Assembly (NCBI GenBank): GCA_963727455.1
Contig: CAVSGG010000005.1
Span: 256,001-320,000, forward strand
Reading direction: 5' to 3'
DNA from: Candidatus Krumholzibacteriota bacterium
GTDB lineage: Bacteria; Krumholzibacteriota; Krumholzibacteriia; JAJRXK01
DNA: 64,000 nucleotides
The notes beneath the pieces were generated by a model, which had not been told where the DNA came from, ran no database searches, and was given only the letters and a program-made list of their open reading frames with translations. How positions within the stretch are numbered: position 1 is the stretch's first letter; each line of letters begins with the position of its first letter. Below are positions 31,185 through 42,822 of this stretch, in pieces. The position numbers and the translations under genes were made by a program.

Positions 31185-33920
31185 ATGGACAAGCATTTCG
31201 ACCCACGGGGCCTCGAGCAGAAGTGGTATGAGCGCTGGGAAGGGGCGGGGCTCTTCAAGCCGGAGAACCACGGTAGCGGCGCGCCGTATGTCATCACTCT
31301 GCCGCCTCCCAACGTCACTGGCGTGCTGCACATCGGGCACTGTCTGGGCAATTCGGTGCAGGATTGTCTCGTTCGCTACTACCGGATGAAAGGCCGTCCG
31401 TCCTTGTGGATCCCCGGGGCGGATCACGCGTCCATCGCGACCGAAAACAAGGTCGCCGAGGAACTTGCGAAGGAGGGACTCTCGAGAGAGAACTTGGGCC
31501 GACAGAAGTTTCTCGAACGCGCCTGGGACTGGTCGCAACGTCACCACGATCACATCGTGCTGCAGCTCAAACGCTTCGGAGGCAGTCTGGATTGGGACCG
31601 CGAAGCCTTTACCTTGGACGAGCCACGCAGCCGCGCGGTGACGGAGGCCTTCGTTCGACTCTACGAGAAGGGTCTCATCTATCGCGGTGATTACATGGTC
31701 AACTGGTCGGTGGCCCAGCAGAGCGCGGTGAGCGACGAGGAGGTGGAATACCGCGAAGTCGAAGGGAAGCTGTGGCACTTTCGCTATCCCCTTCAAGGCG
31801 GCGGGTTCCTCACCATTGCAACGACCCGTCCGGAGACCATGTTGGGCGATACCGCGGTAGCGATTCATCCCGACAATCCCAAGACGGCCCACCTGAAGGG
31901 AAAGACGGTCCTTTTGCCGCTGGTGAATCGGGAGATTCCCGTCATCGAAGACGACTACGTCGACCCGGAGTTCGGTTCAGGTTGCGTGAAGATCACGCCC
32001 AGCCACGATCCCAACGACTACGAGATCGGTAAGCGACACGACCTGCCCTTCGTGAACATCCTGCGCCCAGACGGAAAGTTGAGCGATACGGTTCCGGTGC
32101 GTTTCCGCGGTCTGGACCGTTTCGAGGCGCGCGAACGCGTGGTGGAGGAACTCCAAGAGTTGGGGCTGGTGGAAAAGGTGCAAGCCCACGTTCACAACGT
32201 GGGGTATCACGATCGTACCGGCACCATCATCGAGCCCTTCGTCTCCACCCAGTGGTTCCTCAAGATGGAAGGTCTGGCTCAACCCGCGCTGGAAGCCGTG
32301 CAAAAGGGTGAGATCACCCTTTTCCCGGAGCGCTGGGTGGGGGTGTACTACAACTGGATGACCAAGATTCGTGACTGGTGTATCTCGCGGCAGCTCTGGT
32401 GGGGGCATCGAATTCCGGTTTGGTACTGCTCCGAGGGACACGTCAATGTGGCGCGTGAGGAGCCAACGAAATGCGGAACCTGCGGCGGCACTGCGCTGCG
32501 TCAAGACGAAGACGTTCTGGATACCTGGTTTTCCTCCTGGCTCTGGACTTTTTCTCCTCTGGGCTGGCCCGAGGAGACCGAAGATCTGAAGAGATATCAC
32601 CCGACCTCCACTTTGGTGACGGGCCACGAGATCATCTTCTTCTGGGTCGCTCGGATGATCATGGCTTCCTACGAGTTTCTGGGGGAGAAGCCCTTTTCCG
32701 AAGTCGTCTTCACTGGAATCGTGCGCGACGATCAGGGCCGCAAGATGTCCAAGTCCTTGGGCAATTCGCCGGATCCTATCGAGATCATCGAAAAATACGG
32801 AGCAGACGCTCTTCGTTTCGTGCTCTTGATGCTGGCGCCCACGGGTCAGGACATCAACTTCGGCGAGGAGATGGTCGAAACCGGTCAGCATTTCTGCAAC
32901 AAGATCTGGAATGCGACGCGACTCTTGTTCTCGAATCTCGACTCGGCTCAAATCAAATTCCCCCCCGCCGATCCACAGGACATGGCGGAGGATCTCGGTG
33001 CGCCTAGCTCCAGTGAAGATCCGGAGGCGCTCTTCGCCTCGCTGTATCGCAAGCTTTTCGGCAGCGATCTGCCCGAAGTCCCAACTGGATCGCTGTGTTT
33101 GGAAGATCGGTGGATGCTTCAGGAGCTGGCCGACGCTGCCAGGCGGGTGGGAGCCGCCATCGAATCCCGCCGTCTCAACGATGCTGCCCACGGAGTCTAC
33201 GATGTTTTTTGGAAGGAGTTCTGCGACTGGTATCTCGAGGCGATCAAGCCGCGATTGCAGGGCGACGATATCGCCGATCGCAACACCGCTCTGCTGGTCG
33301 CGCTCACCGTTCATGGCGCGCTGCTACGCCTCCTGCATCCCTTCTTGCCGAACCTGAGCGAAGAGTTGTGGGAGAACCATCCGGCCAGCGCAGGATTCTG
33401 CATGACGGCGCCGTTTCCCAGTTTCAGCTCGCCCTTACCCTTCGCGGAGGACGCGGAACGCTTCGCCCTGGTCAAGGAACTGGTCAGCTCGGCACGAAAT
33501 CTGCGCCATGAGCTGAACGTGGCTCCGGGCAAGCGGGGTCGTCTGCTGCTACGGTCCCCCGAATCGAGCCTCGCATCGCTCCGCGCACTGGCCAATCATG
33601 TGGCCGTATTGGCGAAAATGGAGGCGGTGGAGGTGGAGGGTCCGGGGGAAAAGCCCGAACGGAGCGTGGCCGCGGTCGTGGGGGAGGTGGAAATCTATTT
33701 GCCGATCGAGGGGCTCATCGATCCGAAGAAAGAGGAAGCGCGCTTGCGGAAGGAAGTGGAGCAGACCCGGGGGAGGCTGAAAGGCTTGCGAGCCAAGCTC
33801 TCGAATGAGAACTTCTTGAAGAAAGCTCCGTTGGAGGTCGTGGAGAGGCAGCGTGCTCTGGCCGAAGAGGTCGAGGAGACCCTGAAGAAACTCGAGCAAC
33901 AGCTGGCGGATCTGGAGTGA
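31185..33920 (+). CDS. valS: Valine--tRNA ligase
   Basis: PPPNVTGVLHIGH, ATTRPET, DWCISRQLWWGH, KMSKS, C-terminal coiled coil. Confidence 0.98.
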   Translation: MDKHFDPRGLEQKWYERWEGAGLFKPENHGSGAPYVITLPPPNVTGVLHIGHCLGNSVQDCLVRYYRMKGRPSLWIPGADHASIATENKVAEELAKEGLSRENLGRQKFLERAWDWSQRHHDHIVLQLKRFGGSLDWDREAFTLDEPRSRAVTEAFVRLYEKGLIYRGDYMVNWSVAQQSAVSDEEVEYREVEGKLWHFRYPLQGGGFLTIATTRPETMLGDTAVAIHPDNPKTAHLKGKTVLLPLVNREIPVIEDDYVDPEFGSGCVKITPSHDPNDYEIGKRHDLPFVNILRPDGKLSDTVPVRFRGLDRFEARERVVEELQELGLVEKVQAHVHNVGYHDRTGTIIEPFVSTQWFLKMEGLAQPALEAVQKGEITLFPERWVGVYYNWMTKIRDWCISRQLWWGHRIPVWYCSEGHVNVAREEPTKCGTCGGTALRQDEDVLDTWFSSWLWTFSPLGWPEETEDLKRYHPTSTLVTGHEIIFFWVARMIMASYEFLGEKPFSEVVFTGIVRDDQGRKMSKSLGNSPDPIEIIEKYGADALRFVLLMLAPTGQDINFGEEMVETGQHFCNKIWNATRLLFSNLDSAQIKFPPADPQDMAEDLGAPSSSEDPEALFASLYRKLFGSDLPEVPTGSLCLEDRWMLQELADAARRVGAAIESRRLNDAAHGVYDVFWKEFCDWYLEAIKPRLQGDDIADRNTALLVALTVHGALLRLLHPFLPNLSEELWENHPASAGFCMTAPFPSFSSPLPFAEDAERFALVKELVSSARNLRHELNVAPGKRGRLLLRSPESSLASLRALANHVAVLAKMEAVEVEGPGEKPERSVAAVVGEVEIYLPIEGLIDPKKEEARLRKEVEQTRGRLKGLRAKLSNENFLKKAPLEVVERQRALAEEVEETLKKLEQQLADLE

Positions 33921-35206
33921 GCGTGAACACGAAGAACGAGAAGGATTATCGCAGTCTGGGCGAGATCCTGCGCGATTGCCGGGAGCAACGCGGGCTATCG
34001 GTGGAAGACGTTTCCGAGGCTACCAAGATCTCGCCACGTGTTCTCAATTCCATGGAAGCCGACGGAGTGGGTGAACTCGCAGGTCCGCTCTACGTGCGAA
34101 GTTTCGTCAAGACCCTGGCAGCGTTCTACGACCAGGACGAGGCCTGGCTGCTCACGCGCCTCGAATCCCTCGACCAGGGAGCCACTCGACCGGTTCCACC
34201 GGTGAAGCTGCGTCCGCACGATGCGGGAACGCCGGTTCCCACTCCCAAGACGCTTGTCCCCGAGCCGCAGCGTGAAGTCACCACCTGGAGAGTCGAGACC
34301 GTCGACGACACCACGGTAAAGCGCATTGAGGGCAAGACGGGCATACCGACTTCGCGTTGGGTGTGGATCGTGGTGGCAGTCATCGTGATTCTACTTGCGG
34401 TGTGGATTTTTCAAGGCAATAACTCCGGGACGCAACATTCCGACCAGGGAGTTCGTGCGAAGGAGATGATCACTCAGGACACAGAGCCCCAGGCCGAGAG
34501 CCCGAGCGGTGAGACTCCCGCGAAGGAGCCCGAAGGCCTCGTCCCTGGTACTTCCGGCAACCGTGAGGAGTCGGACCAGCAAGATCGGGCAACCGTGGTG
34601 GTGCAGAACAGGGTCTCTCGCTTGAGTAACGCGGTTCCCGAACCGGGAAAGCCGGCAGTGGATCTCAACCACGCGATTTTGGCCGGAGCCGACCCGTCCG
34701 CGACGGGACAGGGCAAGACTTCCGCAGCCAAGAGCCCGCCGGCCAAGGCGCCGCCCGAGCAAGTCGATTCGGCCAGCAAGCAAGAGCCGGCTCCCGCGGC
34801 CCCGGACACGGAGGCCGAGGCGAAGACGGAAACGGAGTCCCCCGCCCAGAGTACAGCCCCCACCAGTTCCGAGTCCGATGCCAAGCAAACTAGAGAGAGC
34901 ACGAGCTTGCAGCGACTGGGAAGTATTGTACGGCCTGGATTGAAACCAGCGGTCGCCGGCGAGCTCTCCCTCGATTTGAGGGCGAACCGTGCGACCGAGC
35001 TTCGAGTCTCGGTGGATGGGGCGATTCCCCAGCGACGCTCCCTACAGGCCGGAGAGATCTGGCACCTCACGGCCCGAGATCACTTCTCCCTCTTTCTGCA
35101 GGATCCCTCCGCTCTGGCAGTCCAACTCAATGGCAAGACGCGCACGCCCCCCGAGGGCCTCGATGGCGGTGAGTGGCTACTTTACCCTCTCGACGAGAGT
35201 CAGTAG
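33917..35206 (+). CDS. rodZ: RodZ-like protein (HTH + TM + linker + DUF4115)
   Basis: [35 protein letters not shown], single TM, Pro/Ala-rich linker, C-terminal beta domain. Confidence 0.8.
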   Translation: MSVNTKNEKDYRSLGEILRDCREQRGLSVEDVSEATKISPRVLNSMEADGVGELAGPLYVRSFVKTLAAFYDQDEAWLLTRLESLDQGATRPVPPVKLRPHDAGTPVPTPKTLVPEPQREVTTWRVETVDDTTVKRIEGKTGIPTSRWVWIVVAVIVILLAVWIFQGNNSGTQHSDQGVRAKEMITQDTEPQAESPSGETPAKEPEGLVPGTSGNREESDQQDRATVVVQNRVSRLSNAVPEPGKPAVDLNHAILAGADPSATGQGKTSAAKSPPAKAPPEQVDSASKQEPAPAAPDTEAEAKTETESPAQSTAPTSSESDAKQTRESTSLQRLGSIVRPGLKPAVAGELSLDLRANRATELRVSVDGAIPQRRSLQAGEIWHLTARDHFSLFLQDPSALAVQLNGKTRTPPEGLDGGEWLLYPLDESQ

Positions 35207-35217
35207 CCGGTAGGACC

Positions 35218-37305
35218 ATGGCGCGAGAATTCAAGCTGCACCAACCATTTCTCCTCACCGGAGACCAACCGCGCGCGGTAAAGGAGATCGTGGAGGCCTA
35301 CCGCGCGGGTCAGAACGAGCAGGTACTGTTGGGAGTGACCGGCAGCGGCAAGACCTACACCATGGCCAACGTGATCCAGGAACTGCAGGTTCCCACGCTG
35401 GTCCTCAGCCACAACAAGACCCTGGCCGCGCAACTTTACGGCGAGCTGCGCGGTTTCTTTCCGGAAAACGCCGTCGAGTTCTTCATTTCGTATTACGATT
35501 ACTACCAGCCGGAAGCGTTCATCCCTTCTTCGAACACGTATATCGAGAAAGACGCCAGCATCAACGACGAGATCGATCGTCTGCGTCTTCGCGCTACCTC
35601 CTCGCTGCTGGCGCGTAAGGACGTGATCGTGGTCGCCAGCGTATCGTGCATCTTCGGTCTGGGAAATCCGGAAAACTTCAAGCGCCAGGTCATCGCCCTG
35701 GAGCTTGGAGCTGAATTTGACCGCGAGAAACTACTTGCCGAGCTCGTCTCCATTCAATACACGCGCAATGACGTGGCATTTACCCGCGGGACATTTCGGG
35801 TACGCGGGGATGTCGTGGAAATCAAGCCAGCCTACGAGGAAGAGATCGTACGGGTGGAACTCTTCGGTGATGAGATCGATCGGATTGCGATTGTCGATCC
35901 CATCACAGGGGAAGTGCGGTCCCGCGTAGAATCCTACACGATTTATCCGGCCAGCCTCTTCGTGACGGATCGAGAGCAACTGGAGGGGATCGTGAACGGG
36001 ATTGGCAAGGAGTTGGAAGAACGGTTGGCGGAATTCGACAGCATGGGAAGGGTCCTGGAGGCTCAACGTCTCGCATCACGCACGCGCTACGACATGGAGA
36101 TGTTGCTCGAGATGGGCTACTGCTCGGGAGTGGAGAACTACTCGCGCTACTTCGATGGACGCCGTCCCGGACAGCGTCCAGCCTGCTTGCTCGATTACTT
36201 CCCGAAGGAGTGGCTCTTGATCATGGACGAGAGTCACGTGAGCGTGAGCCAGGTCGGCGCCATGTACAACGGGGACCGCAGCCGCAAAGAGACTCTGGTG
36301 GAGCACGGTTTCCGGCTGCCGAGCGCGCTGGACAACCGGCCTCTCACCTTCGAGGAATTCAATCAACTGAAGCCGGCTACTATCTACGTTAGTGCAACCC
36401 CGGGCGATTACGAGCTGGAGCGATGCGGCGGAGTAGTGGTGGAGCAGATCATCCGTCCCACCGGACTCATGGATCCGAAGGTCGAGCTGCGGCCAGTAGA
36501 AGGTCAGGTCGATGACCTCATGAAGGAGATTCAGGACACGGTGAGCAAGTCCTACCGCGTTCTGGTGACCACCCTTACCAAGCGGATGGCGGAAGATCTC
36601 ACCGACTATCTCTCTTCTCACGGGGCACGCGTACAGTATCTTCACAGTGACATTGCCGCTCTGGACCGCGTCGAGATCCTGCGAGGTTTGCGCTTGGGAG
36701 AATTCGACGTCTTGGTCGGCATCAACTTGCTCCGAGAAGGTCTGGATCTGCCCGAGGTCGGCCTGGTGGCTGTCCTCGACGCGGACAAGGAAGGATTCCT
36801 TCGCAGCGAGAGGAGCCTCATTCAGACCGCCGGTCGCGCCGCGAGGAACGTAGACGGACGCGTCATTCTCTACGCGGACTCGATGACCGGATCCATGCAA
36901 CGCGCGATCGAGGAGACGAACCGCCGCCGAGCGATTCAAAAGACCTACAACGAAAAGCACGGAATTACGCCGAGGAGCATTCAGAAGTCCACGGACGACA
37001 TCATGCTCAGCACGAGCGCGGCAGACGGGGTTCGTGAGGGCCCAGAACAAGCGAGCTCCTCTCGCCAAAGCGGTATTCTGGATCACCTTCAGGATCTGAG
37101 TCCGGCCGAAATGCTCGAGCAACTCACGACCGAGATGTACAAAGCGGCCAAGGAGCTCGACTTCGAAACCGCGGCCGTACTGCGCGATCGCATCGACGAG
37201 ATGCGATTGGAAGAAGAGCTAGCTGGACCGAAGAGCGTCCAGAAGGAACGCCGCCGGGTCGGCCGGAACAAGAAGAAAGCGAGTCCCGCGAGGAGACCGA
37301 AATGA
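35218..37305 (+). CDS. uvrB: Excinuclease ABC subunit B
   Basis: [34 protein letters not shown] domain. Start at MAREF (35218). Confidence 0.98.
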   Translation: MAREFKLHQPFLLTGDQPRAVKEIVEAYRAGQNEQVLLGVTGSGKTYTMANVIQELQVPTLVLSHNKTLAAQLYGELRGFFPENAVEFFISYYDYYQPEAFIPSSNTYIEKDASINDEIDRLRLRATSSLLARKDVIVVASVSCIFGLGNPENFKRQVIALELGAEFDREKLLAELVSIQYTRNDVAFTRGTFRVRGDVVEIKPAYEEEIVRVELFGDEIDRIAIVDPITGEVRSRVESYTIYPASLFVTDREQLEGIVNGIGKELEERLAEFDSMGRVLEAQRLASRTRYDMEMLLEMGYCSGVENYSRYFDGRRPGQRPACLLDYFPKEWLLIMDESHVSVSQVGAMYNGDRSRKETLVEHGFRLPSALDNRPLTFEEFNQLKPATIYVSATPGDYELERCGGVVVEQIIRPTGLMDPKVELRPVEGQVDDLMKEIQDTVSKSYRVLVTTLTKRMAEDLTDYLSSHGARVQYLHSDIAALDRVEILRGLRLGEFDVLVGINLLREGLDLPEVGLVAVLDADKEGFLRSERSLIQTAGRAARNVDGRVILYADSMTGSMQRAIEETNRRRAIQKTYNEKHGITPRSIQKSTDDIMLSTSAADGVREGPEQASSSRQSGILDHLQDLSPAEMLEQLTTEMYKAAKELDFETAAVLRDRIDEMRLEEELAGPKSVQKERRRVGRNKKKASPARRPK

Positions 37306-38165
37306 CGTCTATCCCGGCAGAGTTCACGAGCCTGGAACGCGAGAGCGCCCGTCGCATCATCGAAATCGCGCTCGAGGAAGATGCCGCCCGGCAAGACATC
37401 ACGAGCTCGATCTGTGTGGAAGAGGGCAGAAGGGCGCGGGCCGTCATTCGCTCCCGCCAGGCCGGAGTCCTGGCGGGACTACCCTGCGTGGCGCTCACTC
37501 TTTCCTCCCTCGGCGGGGAATATCAGCTGGACGAGGTGGCGAAGGACGGACAGTCCCTGCATCCCGGTGAACTCGTGGCGCGAGTGGAAGGGCCATTGTC
37601 CCTCTTGCTCTCGGCCGAGCGCACCTTCCTCAATCTCCTCTGCTCATTGAGTGGAGTCGCGACGCTGACGCGCAGCTACGTGGAACGGGCCGGGCCCCAT
37701 TGCCAGATTCTGGATACCCGCAAGACTTGGCCGGGAATGCGAGTTCTGCAGAAGTACGCGGTGAGATGCGGAGGAGGGAAGAACCACCGCATGGGACTCT
37801 CCGATGCGGTGATGGTGAAGGACAATCACCGTGCCGGGGGACGCACGCTGGAGGAAGTCGTAAAGCTAGTGCGTGTCCAAGCTCCAAACTTGCCTCTCAT
37901 CGTGGAGGCCGACGACTTACCCGCGGTCTCGGAGGCGCTGGGCCTGGGAGTGGATCGTGTTCTCCTGGACAATTTCGACGCCGTCGCGGTGAGGGAGGCG
38001 TGTCGCCTTCGCAAGGAGTTGGGGGTGGAGGTCGAGTTCGAGGTCTCAGGCGGAGTACACCTCGATTCGGTCGCGGAATTGGCGCGCGCCGGAGCGGACA
38101 TGGTCTCGGTGGGCGCTCTCACCCACTCGGCTCCCGGGTTGGACCTGGGCCTCGATTTGGATTGA
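37302..38165 (+). CDS. nadC: Nicotinate-nucleotide diphosphorylase (carboxylating)
   Basis: [38 protein letters not shown]. Confidence 0.96.
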   Translation: MTSIPAEFTSLERESARRIIEIALEEDAARQDITSSICVEEGRRARAVIRSRQAGVLAGLPCVALTLSSLGGEYQLDEVAKDGQSLHPGELVARVEGPLSLLLSAERTFLNLLCSLSGVATLTRSYVERAGPHCQILDTRKTWPGMRVLQKYAVRCGGGKNHRMGLSDAVMVKDNHRAGGRTLEEVVKLVRVQAPNLPLIVEADDLPAVSEALGLGVDRVLLDNFDAVAVREACRLRKELGVEVEFEVSGGVHLDSVAELARAGADMVSVGALTHSAPGLDLGLDLD

Positions 38166-38167
38166 CC

Positions 38168-38956
38168 GTGGACGACGCGCTCGAGCTGCCCCATCTCAGA
38201 ACTTCTTGTTTCGGACGCAGCGGGAGATTCTATCCAGTCGTCGACTCCACGAACCAGCGCTTGTTGGAGTGGGCGGTCGAGGGGGCGCCACACGGGGCGA
38301 GCATACTCGCGCTGGAACAGACGGCGGGACGTGGGCGCCAGGGCCGTAGTTGGCAGAGTGAGGCGGGCTGCGGCCTCTTTGCCTCCTTGCTCTTGCGTCC
38401 CGAGCGTTCCCTTGCTGGCAGCGCTGCGTTCTCTCTGGTTGCCGCCTTGGCGGTGGCGGAAACCCTCAATCGCACGAGCGAGGTCGAGTGTGCGGTGAAA
38501 TGGCCCAACGATTTGACGGTCGAGGGGAAGAAGATCGCGGGAATTCTGCTGGAAGCCCGCGGCGGCCAGAGGCCTTTCTTTGTGGTCGGTCTGGGTCTCA
38601 ACTTGCGGCCGCCTGCTACCGGATGGCCCGAAGCGTTGCGGTCGCGCGCGGTCAGCCTGTCGGAGATCTCCAGCAGGTCGCACTCCGAGCGAATGCTCTG
38701 GGCCGAGATCTTGAACCGGCTGGAGCAAATGTGGGATCGTTTCCGTGCGCGAGGTTTTGCGGCATTCCAGGACGAGTGGCACGCACGCGACACTCTGCGG
38801 GGGCAGCACGTGCGCGTTCAGAGCGGAGACAGCCGCTTCCATTGTCAGGTCGAAGGGGTTGACTCCGAAGGCCGCCTGCGAGCGAGGCTCCACGATGGAT
38901 CCGTTCTGCGGCTGGAAGCGGGCGAGGTCCATCTACACCGCGAGGGCGAGGAATGA
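38168..38956 (+). CDS. birA: Biotin--[acetyl-CoA-carboxylase] ligase (no N-terminal HTH)
   Basis: DSTN, QTAGRGRQGRSW, KWPND, KIAGILLE. Start GTG 38168 right after nadC. Confidence 0.95.
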   Translation: MDDALELPHLRTSCFGRSGRFYPVVDSTNQRLLEWAVEGAPHGASILALEQTAGRGRQGRSWQSEAGCGLFASLLLRPERSLAGSAAFSLVAALAVAETLNRTSEVECAVKWPNDLTVEGKKIAGILLEARGGQRPFFVVGLGLNLRPPATGWPEALRSRAVSLSEISSRSHSERMLWAEILNRLEQMWDRFRARGFAAFQDEWHARDTLRGQHVRVQSGDSRFHCQVEGVDSEGRLRARLHDGSVLRLEAGEVHLHREGEE

Positions 38957-39711
38957 GCGTTTTCAGCCTCGACATCGGCAACAGCAAGAGCGAGGTGGCG
39001 ATCGTGGAGAACGGTCGCGTGACGGACTTTCTGTGCGAGCGGCACGAGACCGGAGACGACGAGAATCAGCTCGCAGTATTGCATGCTTGGTGTTGCGAAC
39101 GAATCGCCGAAAACTCTCCCTTCGGGGTGGTGGTGGCGAGCGTAGTCCCCGAGAGACTTGAGATTTGGAATGCGCTCTGGAAGAAGAACGAGGCAACCCG
39201 CGCGCTCCCGCTGCAGGAGGTAAATGCGCAAACCGCCTTTCCCTTCTCGGTCGCGATCGAAGATCCCAAAGGTGTAGGGGCGGACCGTTGGTGCAACCTG
39301 GCCGGCGCCGTGGCGCGAGGATATACGAGCGCCCTGGTGGTCGACCTGGGGACCGCGAACACCTACGATCTCCTGCTCGATGGCAGCTTCGCGGGGGGGC
39401 TCATTGCTCCCGGGCTGAATTCCTCTCTGCGCGCTCTCACCCAGGCGGGATCGCTCCTGCCCGAAGTGGAGTTCCAGTGCCCGCAGCGCTTGCTTGGCCA
39501 AGCCACCGTCGAGGCCATCCAGGCGGGCAGCTGGTTCCAGGGTGTTTTGGGGGTGGAGGCGGTGATCGAGCGCGTTCGCTTGGAGAACGGCAATCCCCCC
39601 GTTCTTCTCACCGGCGGGATGAGTGCTCTGGTCGCCTCCGCGATCGCTGGCATCGAATTGGTAGAGGCCCATCTGACCCTGGAGGGCGCGGCCGGTCTCT
39701 ACCGCTCCTAG
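38953..39711 (+). CDS. coaX: Type III pantothenate kinase
   Basis: DIGNS, ASVVP, GADR, VDLGTA, GGLIAPG, LTGG. Confidence 0.95.
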   Translation: MSVFSLDIGNSKSEVAIVENGRVTDFLCERHETGDDENQLAVLHAWCCERIAENSPFGVVVASVVPERLEIWNALWKKNEATRALPLQEVNAQTAFPFSVAIEDPKGVGADRWCNLAGAVARGYTSALVVDLGTANTYDLLLDGSFAGGLIAPGLNSSLRALTQAGSLLPEVEFQCPQRLLGQATVEAIQAGSWFQGVLGVEAVIERVRLENGNPPVLLTGGMSALVASAIAGIELVEAHLTLEGAAGLYRS

Positions 39712-39763
39712 GCCTCGAAGGAGCGCGCTCTGCGAGGCCTGCGAAGTTCCGCGCCCTGCCATT

Positions 39764-39847
39764 TTGGCAGACTCCCTCCCCTCTTGCCAAATCTCAGACC
39801 GTGACTATTCTTGGGGCCGATTAGCAGATGACATGGTCGTCTGCTGA
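39764..39847 (+). promoter_or_regulatory. Two degenerate CIRCE (HrcA) operators flanking a sigma70-type groESL promoter
   Basis: TTGGCAGAC-N9-TCTTGCCAA at 39764-39790 and TTAGCAGAT-N9-GTCTGCTGA at 39821-39847, versus consensus TTAGCACTC-N9-GAGTGCTAA. TTGCCA-N16-TATTCT at 39784-39811. Confidence 0.7.
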
Positions 39848-39952
39848 AAACGGTTCTCAGGGGGGAAACCCTCGGTTTACCTCCCTATTGGCCACTTTGA
39901 GGCCAGGTCCATGAACGATCCGCCCCGCGGGGGCGGTTTCAGGAGGAGATCC

Positions 39953-40231
39953 ATGAGCATCAAACCGCTTGGAGACCGCGTGCTGGTCCAGGCTCTGACC
40001 ACCGAGAAGAGCAAGGGCGGGATCATCATTCCGGATACGGCCAAGGAGAAGCCCCAAGAGGGCAAGATCATCGCGGTCGGCCCCGGTCGTGTCGAGAACG
40101 GTGAGCGCGTCAAGCCCGAAGTGAAGAAGGGCGATCTCGTGCTCTTCGGGAAGTACGCCGGCACCGAAATCACGGTCGACACCAAGGAATATTTGATCAT
40201 TCGGGAGTCCGACATTCTCGCGGTCCTGTAG
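39953..40231 (+). CDS. groES: Co-chaperonin GroES
   Basis: [38 protein letters not shown] before ATG 39953. Confidence 0.98.
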   Translation: MSIKPLGDRVLVQALTTEKSKGGIIIPDTAKEKPQEGKIIAVGPGRVENGERVKPEVKKGDLVLFGKYAGTEITVDTKEYLIIRESDILAVL

Positions 40232-40283
40232 ACCGTGACCCAACTCCCCGCACTCAGTTCTTTATCAAGGAGAGTCCAGGATC

Positions 40284-41927
<1,644 letters not shown>

Positions 41928-41954
41928 AATCCCGTTCGTCTTTCGGTCGGACAC

Positions 41955-41987
41955 AAGGGGTCGCGCCGCAGGGCGCGGCCCTTTTTT
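41955..41987 (+). terminator. Intrinsic terminator of groESL
   Basis: gggtcgcgcc-gcag-ggcgcggccc stem followed by T6. Confidence 0.85.
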
Positions 41988-42228
41988 GTATTCAGCGAGT
42001 GAAATTCGATTGCACGTTTCGCATGGAAATGTCGCTTCTCTGGGTAGTCGGCCGGAAATTCGGGTCGCGTCACTTGGAGGCGGGTTCGCGCGCCGGGTAG
42101 GGAGCCAACGGCGCGTGTCCCGTCTCCTACGTCCTAATGACGACCCAACTGGCCCGGTTTCGATTTCATGTGTTAGACTAGCCGCAGGCTCTCAGGAGTT
42201 TCCCCCGCAGGAATTGGTCCCAAAAAGA

Positions 42229-42822
42229 GTGCCTTCTCCGACCGACTCGCCCATTACGGGAATTCTCGTGGCGATGCGGGATGATCCCGCACGCGCCGAG
42301 GAACTCTCCGAGAGTCTGTACCAGCATACCTATCCCCATTTGCACAATTTGGCGCGACGGCTCATGGGGGCCGAGCGCGGAGATCACACGCTACAGCCCA
42401 CCGCTCTGGTCAACGAGGCGTATCTCCGGCTCGTCGATGGGAAACGTGTCGACTGGGAGGGCCGCAGTCACTTCTTCTGCATCGCAGCTCGTATCATGCG
42501 GCGGGTTCTCATCGATCATGCGCGCGCGCGGGCACGGGCCAAACGCGGAGGGAAGTGGTGCCAGGTTACACTACATGAGCAGTTGCATCAGCGAGACTTC
42601 GACGCCCTCGATCTCCTCGTCCTCGAGGACACCTTGAAGCAGCTCGAGGGTCGACATCCCCGCATGGCAAGGGTCGTCGAATTACGCGTGTTCGGGGGCA
42701 TGACCATGAAGGAGATCGCCCACGTCCTTGGTGTTTCCAAACGAACGGCGGACGAGGACTGGAGCTTCGCCCGGCGTTGGCTGGCCCGGGAGCTCGCCAA
42801 CGAGACGCAGGAAGAACGTTGA
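42229..42822 (+). CDS. ECF sigma factor, kinase-associated type (TIGR02999/EcfK-like)
   Basis: HTLQPTALVNEAYLRL, R.HFF..AARIMRRVLIDHAR...KRGG, W.FARRWL. Start uncertain (GTG 42229 chosen). Confidence 0.9.
   Translation: MPSPTDSPITGILVAMRDDPARAEELSESLYQHTYPHLHNLARRLMGAERGDHTLQPTALVNEAYLRLVDGKRVDWEGRSHFFCIAARIMRRVLIDHARARARAKRGGKWCQVTLHEQLHQRDFDALDLLVLEDTLKQLEGRHPRMARVVELRVFGGMTMKEIAHVLGVSKRTADEDWSFARRWLARELANETQEER

Noticed and set aside
37700-38167. Long N-terminal extension of BirA given in the ORF track
   Set aside because: It overlaps nadC in another frame and has no HTH. GTG 38168 is the plausible start.
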